Assembly: GCA_963703365.1 (NCBI GenBank)
Contig: OY969815.1
Span: forward strand, 3,080,577 to 3,144,576
From: an uncultured Bacteroidota bacterium
Lineage (GTDB): Bacteria; Bacteroidota; Ignavibacteria; Kryptoniales; JAKASW01
Direction of reading: 5' to 3'
DNA length: 64,000 nucleotides
Shown here: piece by piece, positions 27,812 to 36,987 of the stretch
How positions within the stretch are numbered: the first letter of the stretch is position 1
Layout: every line of letters begins with the position of its first letter
Position numbers and translations under genes: made by a program
The notes under the pieces: generated by a model
Told to the model about the DNA's origin: nothing
The model's input: only the letters and a program-made list of their open reading frames with translations
The model's database searches: none

Positions 27812-29935
27812 TCATTTCAAGAGCAAGAGTTTCTTTGTCTGGCTGAAACTTCCCGTCTGGAGTCTGTAGAAGTACACACCGCTTGGCAGGTTGCTTCCTC
27901 TGAAAGTAACGGAATAGCTCCCCGCGTTCTGCCGTTCATTGACCAATGATTCCACTTCTCGTCCAAGCACATCGTACACTTTCAATGTGACAAAACTGTT
28001 AACTGGTAATTGATAACTGATCACCGTTGTCGGGTTGAATGGGTTTGGATAATTCTGGAATAGCGAAAACGTCGCCGGCGTATTACTCGGTGGTGGCTTA
28101 ACGACAGTTATCATTTCAGAAATAGGGCGTCTCCAGACAGTTTGGCCGAGAGCCACGTAAATGTCTGAGTTATCAGCGACAATAGAAGATACAGATCTAG
28201 ATGTTGAAGGTAAGCCTGTATTTACGGCAGTCCAACTTGTGTCGTCATTATTCAAAACATAGACGCCAATCGTTGTTCCGGCAAAAACATTTGTTCCGTG
28301 GACTGCCAAACCACTAACGGATGCAGGAAGCCCAGAGTCAATATATTCCCATTGTTCTCCTCCGTCCGTTGAGCGAAGAACTCCAGAGGAAGTCCCCACA
28401 AACATCGCAGAGTCTATAAACGCAATCGCGGAGATATATGGCGGACTTGCGTTCGGGGGAATGAAGATCCTTTGCCACGTCGCCCCCGTGTCCGCCGACG
28501 TCCAAAGCGCCCCACCAATAATCGCGTAAACGCTTTCCCGGTTGTTGGCAAGATCAGAAACAAGCGGAGTGTTTACTTGTGTCGATCTCCAGCTTGCACC
28601 ATCATTTGTCGAGAGGTATATGCCGGCATTAGTGTCAAGATCGTACACGGGAGTTATCCCAAGAAAAATATTCGTTCCGATTGCTGTAAGGGCGACAGGC
28701 AGTTCAAAGTTGGGAAACCCAGTATTCAACGGTGTTGTCCAGCTTATCCCGCCGTTGGTCGATTCGCAAACTCCTGTGTCATCAGTTGTATAAACAGCCG
28801 ATCCCGCTGTGGTAACAACCCTGTATCCAAATAGTGCGGGAATCCAGTTTACACCATCTCTCGATGAGGCATAAACGTAATAAATGCTAGTGGCAAAGAC
28901 AGTGTTTGCAATCGCAACGAGCGATTGAATGTTAGGAGTATTTTCAGTCATTCCTGAGTCGACCTCGTTCCAACTCGTCCCGTTGTCTGTCGAGCGATAT
29001 ATAGCACCGTCCATGACTCCCGCGAATACATTTGTTCCGATACACGCAAGAGCATTTACGTCATTTTCATGTAAACCATTATTGACAGAAGTCCAAGTTA
29101 CGCCGTAATCCCTTGAGAGAAAGACCCCTTGATCCCATGTCCCTGCGAAGATGTCCGTTCCACTTACGGCGAGACTGCTGATTTCATTGCTTGTAGAACC
29201 TGAATTCGCTGAAGACCATGTAGTTCCATTGTTGGTTGTTACAAAAACGCCATCACGTGTGCCCGCAAACAAATTTGTTCCGATCACGGCTAAAGAAGTA
29301 ACGGCACTATCTGTCAGTCCATAATTTACTGCACTCCAGCTGGTACCGGTGTTTGTCGAAAGATAAATGCCGCGATCAGTACCTGCAAAAACATCTTTAC
29401 CGCCAGCACCATTAGAGATAACAGCGAAAGCGTAGATTTTCCCGAAGTTAATTCCGCCGCTCACATTGTTCCAGCTTATTCCGTCATCCGTGCTAAGATA
29501 GATTTCCCCGACTCCGGCAGCAACCTCAACGCCTGCAAAGATATCGGAATCAGAAACACCGAGGGAATAAACGATGCCGAAAGTGATGAGATTGGTAAAT
29601 GGCAAGATCGATGTCCATGTTGTACCTTCATTTGTAGACAAACTGATCCCCCCTTGGGCAGCTCCGGCAAATATTTTTGTTCCGCTGACGGCAAAGGCAA
29701 ATATTTCACTGCCTGGCCACCCTACTAAATTGCCAGTCCAAGTATTGCCGTTATCAGTCGTAGAGTAAAGTGTCTCACTGCCACTGCCCGCGAGGATGAC
29801 TGAATCTACGGCCGCAAAACAAGTGATAAAAGAATAGTAGGGGCCCTTGGTTTGTACCCACTGCGCCTCAGACGTCACCGAAAGAAAACTCAAGCATACC
29901 GCATAGACAAAAACAAATGAGACAAGCTTCTTCAT
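27812..29935 (-). CDS. Secreted BNR/Asp-box repeat (Ycf48/sortilin-like double propeller) protein with a T9SS C-terminal sorting domain
   Basis: It has a signal peptide and about 13 S-x-D-x-G-x-(T/S)-W repeats at a ~45-50 aa period. The C-terminus NYPNPFNPTTVISYQLP...VYDVLGREV...GVYFYRLQ is typical of Por/T9SS tails. Confidence 0.8.
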   Translation of the reverse strand: MKKLVSFVFVYAVCLSFLSVTSEAQWVQTKGPYYSFITCFAAVDSVILAGSGSETLYSTTDNGNTWTGNLVGWPGSEIFAFAVSGTKIFAGAAQGGISLSTNEGTTWTSILPFTNLITFGIVYSLGVSDSDIFAGVEVAAGVGEIYLSTDDGISWNNVSGGINFGKIYAFAVISNGAGGKDVFAGTDRGIYLSTNTGTSWSAVNYGLTDSAVTSLAVIGTNLFAGTRDGVFVTTNNGTTWSSANSGSTSNEISSLAVSGTDIFAGTWDQGVFLSRDYGVTWTSVNNGLHENDVNALACIGTNVFAGVMDGAIYRSTDNGTSWNEVDSGMTENTPNIQSLVAIANTVFATSIYYVYASSRDGVNWIPALFGYRVVTTAGSAVYTTDDTGVCESTNGGISWTTPLNTGFPNFELPVALTAIGTNIFLGITPVYDLDTNAGIYLSTNDGASWRSTQVNTPLVSDLANNRESVYAIIGGALWTSADTGATWQRIFIPPNASPPYISAIAFIDSAMFVGTSSGVLRSTDGGEQWEYIDSGLPASVSGLAVHGTNVFAGTTIGVYVLNNDDTSWTAVNTGLPSTSRSVSSIVADNSDIYVALGQTVWRRPISEMITVVKPPPSNTPATFSLFQNYPNPFNPTTVISYQLPVNSFVTLKVYDVLGREVESLVNERQNAGSYSVTFRGSNLPSGVYFYRLQTGSFSQTKKLLLLK

Positions 29936-30156
29936 CGCAACCTCCTATCGTTTGTGTTTGATAAAAAGGCGATTGCAACTAACTACTGCAATCCGGTATT
30001 TCGTATATCTATTCAAATTCATCATGATATACGCACTGCGCCTATTTGACCTTTCGGCCCTGCCCATTGGCTCTAAGATCTATTTCTGCCAGGCATGAAT
30101 GCAAGCCTCAACATAAAGCTGATGTACCTCCGGCTATTCTACCCTTTTTAGGCTTC

Positions 30157-32451
30157 CTATTCTTTTACAGGTGACTCGCGGGGGATCGGCCCGGCGAGCG
30201 GGATATTCGACATTTTGAGGATGGTACTCTTTGCTCGTGCAGCCATGATGATCTGCTGGCTGTCTAACATTTCTTCTCCGTTCAGAGGTACGATGCGTTT
30301 GTATGTCCCGTCAGGCTGAAGCTCCCGCGCGCGGCTTTTGTCCGAAAGAGCGGTGTCGAGCACTTCATTCTTAATCGTCTCGACCATGTTTGCGTCTTCA
30401 ATAGGAAACATGAGTTCGACACGGCGATAAAGATTGCGGCTCATCAGATCTGCGCTGCTCAAATAAAGTTCCGGAGCGCCGGCGTTCTCGAAGTAGAAGA
30501 TGCGGCTGTGCTCCAGGTAACGTCCTACGATGCTGATGACACGTACGGTCTCGCTGACGTCTTTCAAGCCGGGCTTGAGTGAGCATATTCCGCGCACAAT
30601 AAGATCGATTTTCACCCCTGCTTTCGATGCTTCATAAAGTCTCTCAATCATGTGCACCTCGGTGAGAGCATTCATCTTCATTATGATATGGCTTGTTTTG
30701 CCGCTATGTGCATGTTCGATCTCGCGGTTGATCAGAGCAGTTAACTTCTCGGCAAGCGTGATCGGCGCAACCGCCAACTTCCTGTATTTTTCCCTTCGTG
30801 AATATCCGGTTAAGTAATTGAACACTTCCGTGACATCTTCAGCAATATCCTGTCTGCAAGTGAAGTAGCTTAAGTCTGTATAAACCTGTGCAGTGACCAT
30901 GTTGTAATTGCCCGTGCTGAGATGAACGTAACGCCTGAGCCCGTCATGCTCCTTCCGTATAACAAGTGCCATCTTAGCATGAGTTTTGAGTCCGACGAGG
31001 CCGTAAACAACGTGGACTCCGGCACGTTCCAATTGTTTCGCCCAGCCGATGTTGTTCTCTTCATCGAACCGCGCTTTAAGCTCAACAAGCACTGCAACTT
31101 GTTTTCCATTCTCCGCCGCCTCTATGAAGAGCTGAATCAATGGGGATTCTTTGCCGATGCGATATAATGTTTGTTTGATTGCAAGCACATTCGGATCTTT
31201 CACCGCAGCTTCAATGAACTGGACGACCGGGTTAAATGAATCGTACGGAGGGTGAAGCAGAATATCATGGCGGCTAATGGCGGTGAAGATATCATCCCCT
31301 TCATCATCGAGCGGAAGCAGTGCAGGATGGTACGGCGGATCTTTCAGATCTGGACGCGGAAGTCCTAATAACGCCATCAAGTGACTAAGCCCTAATGGCG
31401 GGTTCAATTCATACACGCCGTCCGGCAATACCTCAAGATTCTCTATGAGAATATCTTTAATGCGCGCAGGTGTATTGTTCTGTACCGCGACACGGACAAC
31501 AGACCCGAACCTTCGCATTCGAACGGATTCTTCGATTGAATAAATAAGATCTTCAGCTTCGTCTTCTTGAATTTCCATGTCTGCATTTCGAGTCACGCGG
31601 AAGACGTATGATTCTTTCACAGTCATTCCCGGAAACAACAATGGGAGATTCTCGGCGATCAGATCTTCGAGCCAGACAAAACGAACAGCAGTCGAATTAT
31701 CGTCAGGGATACGGACAAGGCGCGGGATAACATCCGGCACTTTCACGCGGGCGAATCTCTCCTCATCTTGCGGAGTGCAAACGACTGCTGCGATATTCAG
31801 GCTGAGATTAGAAATGTATGGGAAGGGATGACCGGGATCGAACGCAAGCGGAGTCAGCACGGGAAATATTTCGCGTGCAAACAGCTCAGAGAGTTTGGCG
31901 CGGTCTTCCGATTTGAGCTCGCCCATTTTCAGTAGATGTATTCCAGCTTCCGCAAGTGCCGGATGCAAATCCTGCCAGAAACACTGGCTCATTTCTTTTA
32001 CCATTATTGAAACACGGTCTTTGATGGCACGAAGCTGTTGAATCGGTGTCATTCCATCGGGTGAAAGTTCGGCGACGTCAGCGCGAACCTGTTCTTGTAT
32101 TCCCGCGACGCGGATCATGAAAAATTCATCTAGGTTGGAGCTGACTATGGAGAGAAACTTCACCCGTTCGAGTAGCGGGTGTCGATGATCGCGTGCTTCC
32201 TCAAGTACGCGCTGGTTGAACTCCAACCAACTCAACTCACGGTTGATGTATAACGACGGATCAAGTGTTGGCCGTGTTTGAGATGCTCCATGATTGGATT
32301 TCCGTTCGTGATTATGTCCAGGCACTTTCCTGCTGCGCTGCTGCTTGCGCGGGCGCGGAGTGATTCCTCTTGTCTTCTGCGGCAACTGCTTTATATCCAC
32401 TCCGGCACTTTTATCCGCCTTATCACTGTTGTCTTCCGGCGATAATAACAT
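30157..32451 (-). CDS. ppk: Polyphosphate kinase 1
   Basis: The 764-aa product carries YINRELSWLEFNQRVLEEA, the H-domain and two PLD-like C-domains (HAKMALV, LSSADLMSRNL). A ~66-aa basic N-terminal extension precedes the conserved start. Confidence 0.95.
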   Translation of the reverse strand: MLLSPEDNSDKADKSAGVDIKQLPQKTRGITPRPRKQQRSRKVPGHNHERKSNHGASQTRPTLDPSLYINRELSWLEFNQRVLEEARDHRHPLLERVKFLSIVSSNLDEFFMIRVAGIQEQVRADVAELSPDGMTPIQQLRAIKDRVSIMVKEMSQCFWQDLHPALAEAGIHLLKMGELKSEDRAKLSELFAREIFPVLTPLAFDPGHPFPYISNLSLNIAAVVCTPQDEERFARVKVPDVIPRLVRIPDDNSTAVRFVWLEDLIAENLPLLFPGMTVKESYVFRVTRNADMEIQEDEAEDLIYSIEESVRMRRFGSVVRVAVQNNTPARIKDILIENLEVLPDGVYELNPPLGLSHLMALLGLPRPDLKDPPYHPALLPLDDEGDDIFTAISRHDILLHPPYDSFNPVVQFIEAAVKDPNVLAIKQTLYRIGKESPLIQLFIEAAENGKQVAVLVELKARFDEENNIGWAKQLERAGVHVVYGLVGLKTHAKMALVIRKEHDGLRRYVHLSTGNYNMVTAQVYTDLSYFTCRQDIAEDVTEVFNYLTGYSRREKYRKLAVAPITLAEKLTALINREIEHAHSGKTSHIIMKMNALTEVHMIERLYEASKAGVKIDLIVRGICSLKPGLKDVSETVRVISIVGRYLEHSRIFYFENAGAPELYLSSADLMSRNLYRRVELMFPIEDANMVETIKNEVLDTALSDKSRARELQPDGTYKRIVPLNGEEMLDSQQIIMAARAKSTILKMSNIPLAGPIPRESPVKE

Positions 32452-32599
32452 ATTTTCTTGCTCCTCCTCAATGACATATAAGATATTAATCCCGCTTTAT
32501 CAATGACAAATTAAGGAATTGCTAAAAGCCGAAGCTGGATGTGAGAAAACTGCCGAATTTACCTTAGAAATGAAGGAAAAAGAAGAGCGGTTACAATGT

Positions 32600-33097
32600 T
32601 TATCCGCCGTTTATAATCTGGCGAGGGCCGATCAGCCATTCGAGTGTCGCCCATTTGCCGAGTCGAAGCGAATCGGCTGAGAGTTTGCAAAGTCCTCCTT
32701 TCTTCATTGCGATGTCAATACCGTCATGCCCCGAAATCAGGATGGAGATTAGAGTGCTCAGATTGGGTTCGTGTCCGACCAATAATATATTCTGCAAGGT
32801 TTCGGACTTTAGTTCTTTTATTAGCATAGCGAGGTCACCGTCCACCACGAGGTTAGTCGAGAAGCGCAAAGCTTTATTGAGGCCCAAAACATCGGCGACA
32901 ATCTCGGCTGTCTGCTTCGCGCGGCGGTAGGGACTGGAAAGAATCAGATCGAATGACAAGTCTAGATCTTTCATAGCTTTTGCGATGTGGCGCATTTTCT
33001 GAGCGCCCTCTGTTGTTAAGGGGCGATCGGCGTCGCGAGCAAATTCGACAGTTCCTTTTTCAGCAGCGACAGCGTGACGTAAAAGATAAAGTTCCAT
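32600..33097 (-). CDS. sixA: Phosphohistidine phosphatase SixA-like (histidine phosphatase superfamily)
   Basis: The 165-aa product has LYLLRHA (RHG-type motif), SSPYRRAKQTA and LLVGHEPNLS. Confidence 0.8.
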   Translation of the reverse strand: MELYLLRHAVAAEKGTVEFARDADRPLTTEGAQKMRHIAKAMKDLDLSFDLILSSPYRRAKQTAEIVADVLGLNKALRFSTNLVVDGDLAMLIKELKSETLQNILLVGHEPNLSTLISILISGHDGIDIAMKKGGLCKLSADSLRLGKWATLEWLIGPRQIINGG

Positions 33098-33160
33098 GAT
33101 GAAATGTGTGTTGTGTTGGTTATCCTAAATTTCTCATTAAAACACATAACCAATCCGGGG

Positions 33161-34099
33161 TTATTGAATGCGTTCCCAAAACTGGTACAGCTCGTCAATT
33201 GAAGCGACGAATTCACTTATTCGATCGTTTCGAAGATTGATTAGAAAGTTACTGACAGGTGTAAATTGCTCTCGATCTTTTCTACTAATTTTGATCGCGT
33301 ATTTGTCCAAACCGGCAATAAGTACATCCGTATCCTGAATATCGCCCATTCGTATTTGGAATCGGTTCATAGCTTTCAACATTTGGTCCGTGACATGCGG
33401 GAGCATCGGTCGTAAAGCCTCCACCATATACCTGAAGTGCTTAAACACGACTCTGAGCTCGTGAATAAGTTCGTCGTTTCCTCTCCCTTCATGGAGAATT
33501 TCTTCCCGCAAATATAACGCTCGTCCGAACGTCTTAGAAAGCTCGCCGCGCACTATAGAATGTGCCATCTCCTGCATCAGCTTTTCCCGCACAAGATGAG
33601 CAAGGTTATCTTTCATCTCTTGCAAATTCTTGCCGATTGTGCTTGAATCGATTCGGTTGATTTCCCGGCGAGCATGTTTCATGACTAATTTCTCCTGGGC
33701 CGTGAGACCCGCAAGAAATCTCAACATGATCGGGAAATCTTTCGCCAACTTTCGAGTTAGAAGAATTTGCACCTGGATGTCTCTCAATGTGCTGAGCGAC
33801 TTGAGATGACCTTTGAGTTCTTTAAGCATTTTCGTTCGGCTGTTTTTTATGATGATCGGTTTGATCATTTCAAGAAAAGCGATCAGCCGTCTGATAGCAA
33901 CCCGCAGGTCGTGAATAGCTTTTTCTGTAGGACGCTCACGGGATTTCAGTGCCTGATCGGCAAAGACGTTCCAGCGTGTTTCCAGCGAGTTGAGCAGAAG
34001 AAAGCTAATATCGGGAATTGGCTGAATCCGTCCATGACTCGCGGACGTATTGTCCGACGAACTGTCAGTCTTCGACGCTGACTTTGACGCTAAAGACAT
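33161..34099 (-). CDS. CHAD domain protein
   Basis: IHDLRVAIRRL and a later LRVVFKHFRY fit the two-fold CHAD helical repeat. I chose the start at MSLASK (ATG 34099), which overlaps the ppx end by 35 nt. The ORF-track N-terminal 87 aa overlap ppx and look non-coding. Confidence 0.75.
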   Translation of the reverse strand: MSLASKSASKTDSSSDNTSASHGRIQPIPDISFLLLNSLETRWNVFADQALKSRERPTEKAIHDLRVAIRRLIAFLEMIKPIIIKNSRTKMLKELKGHLKSLSTLRDIQVQILLTRKLAKDFPIMLRFLAGLTAQEKLVMKHARREINRIDSSTIGKNLQEMKDNLAHLVREKLMQEMAHSIVRGELSKTFGRALYLREEILHEGRGNDELIHELRVVFKHFRYMVEALRPMLPHVTDQMLKAMNRFQIRMGDIQDTDVLIAGLDKYAIKISRKDREQFTPVSNFLINLRNDRISEFVASIDELYQFWERIQ

Positions 34100-35579
34100 C
34101 TTCAAACATCTCCGATTTTCTAATAAGCGCCCACTTCTCAAGCAAAAGGTCTCCTTCTCCTTCAAGTCGAACAACCAATTTTGGCTTTTTATATTCCGCG
34201 GCGAAAGATTTGACCTTCGAGGCGTGCTGGTTGTCCATCGCATCTGCCATTCGCAATATCGCGGTGAGCTTGGAAACCAGGACGCGATCCTTCGAAGATA
34301 GAAGCCGATACGGTTCATGCTGCATCTTTGGAAACGACTTTCGGTGATAACGCGCAACATTGGATACGACGTCCATCTGTGTCCGGCTGAGTCCGATGAC
34401 GGGCGTAGCTGTCAATAGGTATTGGGTGTGCTTGTGGTGAGCAGTCATGCTGATATAGCTTCCAATGTCGTGGAGCAAGGCGGCAACTTCGAGAAGCAAT
34501 CTATGTTCAAGCGTAAGATTGTGAAGATCCTTTGTTTGATCGAAAAGTTGCACCGCGTACCGTGCGACGCTTGTGCCATGTTGTTCATCGAAAAAATATT
34601 TTCGTCCGATTTGGATTGCCGACATCAGCACTTGGTCGCGGTTTGCGTGCTTCCGTTCGCCGTAAAGCTCGGTACCCATATCGATGATAATGCCGTCTTT
34701 CAATCCGACATTTGGGATCTCGATTTCGTCGATCCCCGCAATCTTGACGATTTCCTGGAGAATGATCGAAGCTGGTACAATAACATCCGCCCTGTCCGGA
34801 CGCAATCGAAGCTGTTGGACTCTTTCCTCAAATGTCAATGACAGGAGTTTCTTTACGATGGTGTCCAATTCATTTGCACTGATTGCCGAATCTCGATCTT
34901 TGAGAAGAATATCCTTGCGCAGTGCGGCGAGAGCCTCAATATTTCCGCCCGTGCCGATGCAGAGGTCGATCTTTTTGCCGTTTATTTCTCTTTTCAGACG
35001 GCGTTGCGTTGCGTCGACGTACTCACGGACGAGTGTATTGAATTTTTTTTCGCCATATTTTTTTTCCTCGAGCATCTGGAGAAGTCGAACCGCACCCAGC
35101 CGGAAGCTTTCGGTAGAAACGATGCTCCCATCGACTGTGAAAGTAATTTCAGTACTGCCGCCGCCGATATCAACGAGCATTGCAGTTTTGTTCTTGAGAT
35201 TTATTTTCTCTGCGACGGCAAGATGGACCAGCCGTGCTTCTTCTTCAGCGCCGATGACTACGATATCGATTCCGGAGACCTGTGCGATCCTATCTATGAA
35301 CGTATCGCGATTCATCGCTTCACGGAGCGCGCTTGTAGCAACCGCTCTCGTCAACGTAACGCCGTTTCTGTCGATGGTATCTTTGAAGCGGCGAAACGCT
35401 TCGGAAGCCTGTTCCATGACATCGTCAGATATCACTCGTTTTGTGAACACATCGCGGCCCAGACGAACTGCTTCTCGAAGGTTATCTATAATAGTGATTT
35501 TTTGGTCGTTGTCAACCCGTCCGATCGAAAGCCTGATGGCGTTCGATCCGACGTCTATTGCACTAAGCATTGTAGGCAT
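34065..35579 (-). CDS. ppx: Exopolyphosphatase (Ppx/GppA family with an HD domain)
   Basis: AIDVGSNAIRLSIG and DIGGGSTE (ASKHA fold) are present, with a C-terminal HD region (LLHDIG). Confidence 0.9.
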   Translation of the reverse strand: MPTMLSAIDVGSNAIRLSIGRVDNDQKITIIDNLREAVRLGRDVFTKRVISDDVMEQASEAFRRFKDTIDRNGVTLTRAVATSALREAMNRDTFIDRIAQVSGIDIVVIGAEEEARLVHLAVAEKINLKNKTAMLVDIGGGSTEITFTVDGSIVSTESFRLGAVRLLQMLEEKKYGEKKFNTLVREYVDATQRRLKREINGKKIDLCIGTGGNIEALAALRKDILLKDRDSAISANELDTIVKKLLSLTFEERVQQLRLRPDRADVIVPASIILQEIVKIAGIDEIEIPNVGLKDGIIIDMGTELYGERKHANRDQVLMSAIQIGRKYFFDEQHGTSVARYAVQLFDQTKDLHNLTLEHRLLLEVAALLHDIGSYISMTAHHKHTQYLLTATPVIGLSRTQMDVVSNVARYHRKSFPKMQHEPYRLLSSKDRVLVSKLTAILRMADAMDNQHASKVKSFAAEYKKPKLVVRLEGEGDLLLEKWALIRKSEMFEDVFSVKVSVED

Positions 35580-35707
35580 TGTAGCAAAAATTAATTCGAG
35601 TTTTGGACATTATCAATTGAGAGCCGCATTGTCCAGCGCGAGCGCGATTGTGTAAGCGATTATTTTAGCGGCCGCTTGGGGGAACGGTGAGATTCTGCTT
35701 GCATTAT

Positions 35708-36904
35708 TTACCTTGTCGTCAAATTGTCGAGTCGTTCACGAGCCTGATTGACAAGCTCCGGAACCGTACCGGAGTTTACTACCCATTCATATTCTCTTTT
35801 CGCATCCTGTGGATCGTTCGCGCGTTGATAGAGCTTACCGACCGAGAAATGTGCTCTGGCAGCAAAGATTGGCATCATGTGCCTGCCGATTACATCGTTG
35901 AATGATTGCATTGCTTCACTATAGTTGTCCGTCTCTTCATAGCAGCTAGCCAAACGGAAATATATTTTTGCCAAGTAAAGAGAATCTATCTGTGTCAAAG
36001 GATGTGTGTAAGATGCTTTTATTGCTTCCGTACACACCACCGTACAACGCTCATATTCTTTATGATCCGCTAATGTCCATGATAATTTGTCGAAGTAGAA
36101 CATAAAAGCATCGGGAAATTGCGAAATCAGATAGTGGTAGATAATCATGGCGGAATCGAATTTTTCTTCCCTCGCATAAAGTTCACCGAGAATATCTTCG
36201 GCTTCGTATTTTGTAAACCTGCCGTTTTTGCCGGCGAGTGCAAGATATTCGTATGCTTTCTCTCTCGATCCGCTTTCACCGAGGATAAAAAGAAGGGGCT
36301 TAAGGTACCATGCAAGCCCGCTCGTATAGTAATTGAACAAGGCAAGGCTAAAATAGGCATCGCAGATGGCAGGTGAACTCTCGCCCTGTGGTTGAGACAT
36401 CTCGATAAACTTCCTGTGGTATGACAATCCTTTCTTGCCGTCTGAAGCAGCTTTAAATTCGTCTCCTTTGGATGCATCATATTTTGCAAGGTATCCGAAT
36501 GCGAACCCGGTGCAGAACAGCGCCGCTGTGTCATTAGGGTTTTGGGCCAAATCTCTTTCGCCAATATCAATTGTTTGAGAAATTGCCCGCGTGAAATTAT
36601 TTTCCACACTTTTATTGCTTGCCATTGCGCTGTCAAGAAAAACAAGGTTGTGCCACAAAACTACGCCACGAAAAAAATTCCATTTTATCGGATCGATACT
36701 ATTGTTTGTTGAGTCACCCAATAAATTCAGCGCTTCATTGAAGTGACAATTATAAGTCAGGCGAATGACTGCATCTTCGTCGAGCGGATGTCCAGTGTTA
36801 CCACCGGCGGAATAGAAATATTTCCCTGAAGCTGCTGCCGGGACCAAGCACACCATAAATAAAAGCCAGCGCAGGCGTGTCGATAGCGAGTGTACGGTCA
36901 TCAT
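35708..36904 (-). CDS. Secreted TPR-like repeat protein, function unknown
   Basis: It has a signal peptide (LLFMVCLVPAAASG). The body is helical-repeat-like with TPR-type A/Y/L spacing. I recognise no catalytic motif. Confidence 0.55.
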   Translation of the reverse strand: MMTVHSLSTRLRWLLFMVCLVPAAASGKYFYSAGGNTGHPLDEDAVIRLTYNCHFNEALNLLGDSTNNSIDPIKWNFFRGVVLWHNLVFLDSAMASNKSVENNFTRAISQTIDIGERDLAQNPNDTAALFCTGFAFGYLAKYDASKGDEFKAASDGKKGLSYHRKFIEMSQPQGESSPAICDAYFSLALFNYYTSGLAWYLKPLLFILGESGSREKAYEYLALAGKNGRFTKYEAEDILGELYAREEKFDSAMIIYHYLISQFPDAFMFYFDKLSWTLADHKEYERCTVVCTEAIKASYTHPLTQIDSLYLAKIYFRLASCYEETDNYSEAMQSFNDVIGRHMMPIFAARAHFSVGKLYQRANDPQDAKREYEWVVNSGTVPELVNQARERLDNLTTR

Positions 36905-36917
36905 TCTTTTCTGCCCA

Positions 36918-36965
36918 TAAAAAAACGGAGCCGCCTCCTGAAAATTTTTGGAGTGACGACCCCGT
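36918..36965 (-). terminator. Rho-independent terminator downstream of pstS
   Basis: The minus strand reads CGGGGUCGUCACUCC-loop-GGAGGCGGCUCCG followed by U7. Confidence 0.6.
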
Positions 36966-36987
36966 ATTCTCGTGACGAATATATTTT

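Noticed and set aside
29973-29995. Hairpin GATTGCA-N9-TGCAATC followed on the minus strand by CUUUUUAU, considered as a ppk terminator.
   Set aside because: It lies only ~35 nt upstream of the BNR gene start codon, so its role (terminator or 5'-UTR element) is ambiguous. The stem is only 7 bp.
33161-34360. The full 399-aa ORF-track version of the CHAD gene.
   Set aside because: The first 87 codons overlap the 3' end of ppx and translate to W/R/S-rich sequence. The internal ATG at 34099 gives a sensible CHAD protein.
34684-35655. 323-aa plus-strand ORF (and the 196-aa ORF at 35004-35594) opposite ppx.
   Set aside because: The product is Ser/Arg-rich and low-complexity, with no recognisable motif. 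It is fully antisense to a confidently identified Ppx/GppA gene, which makes it a typical shadow ORF.
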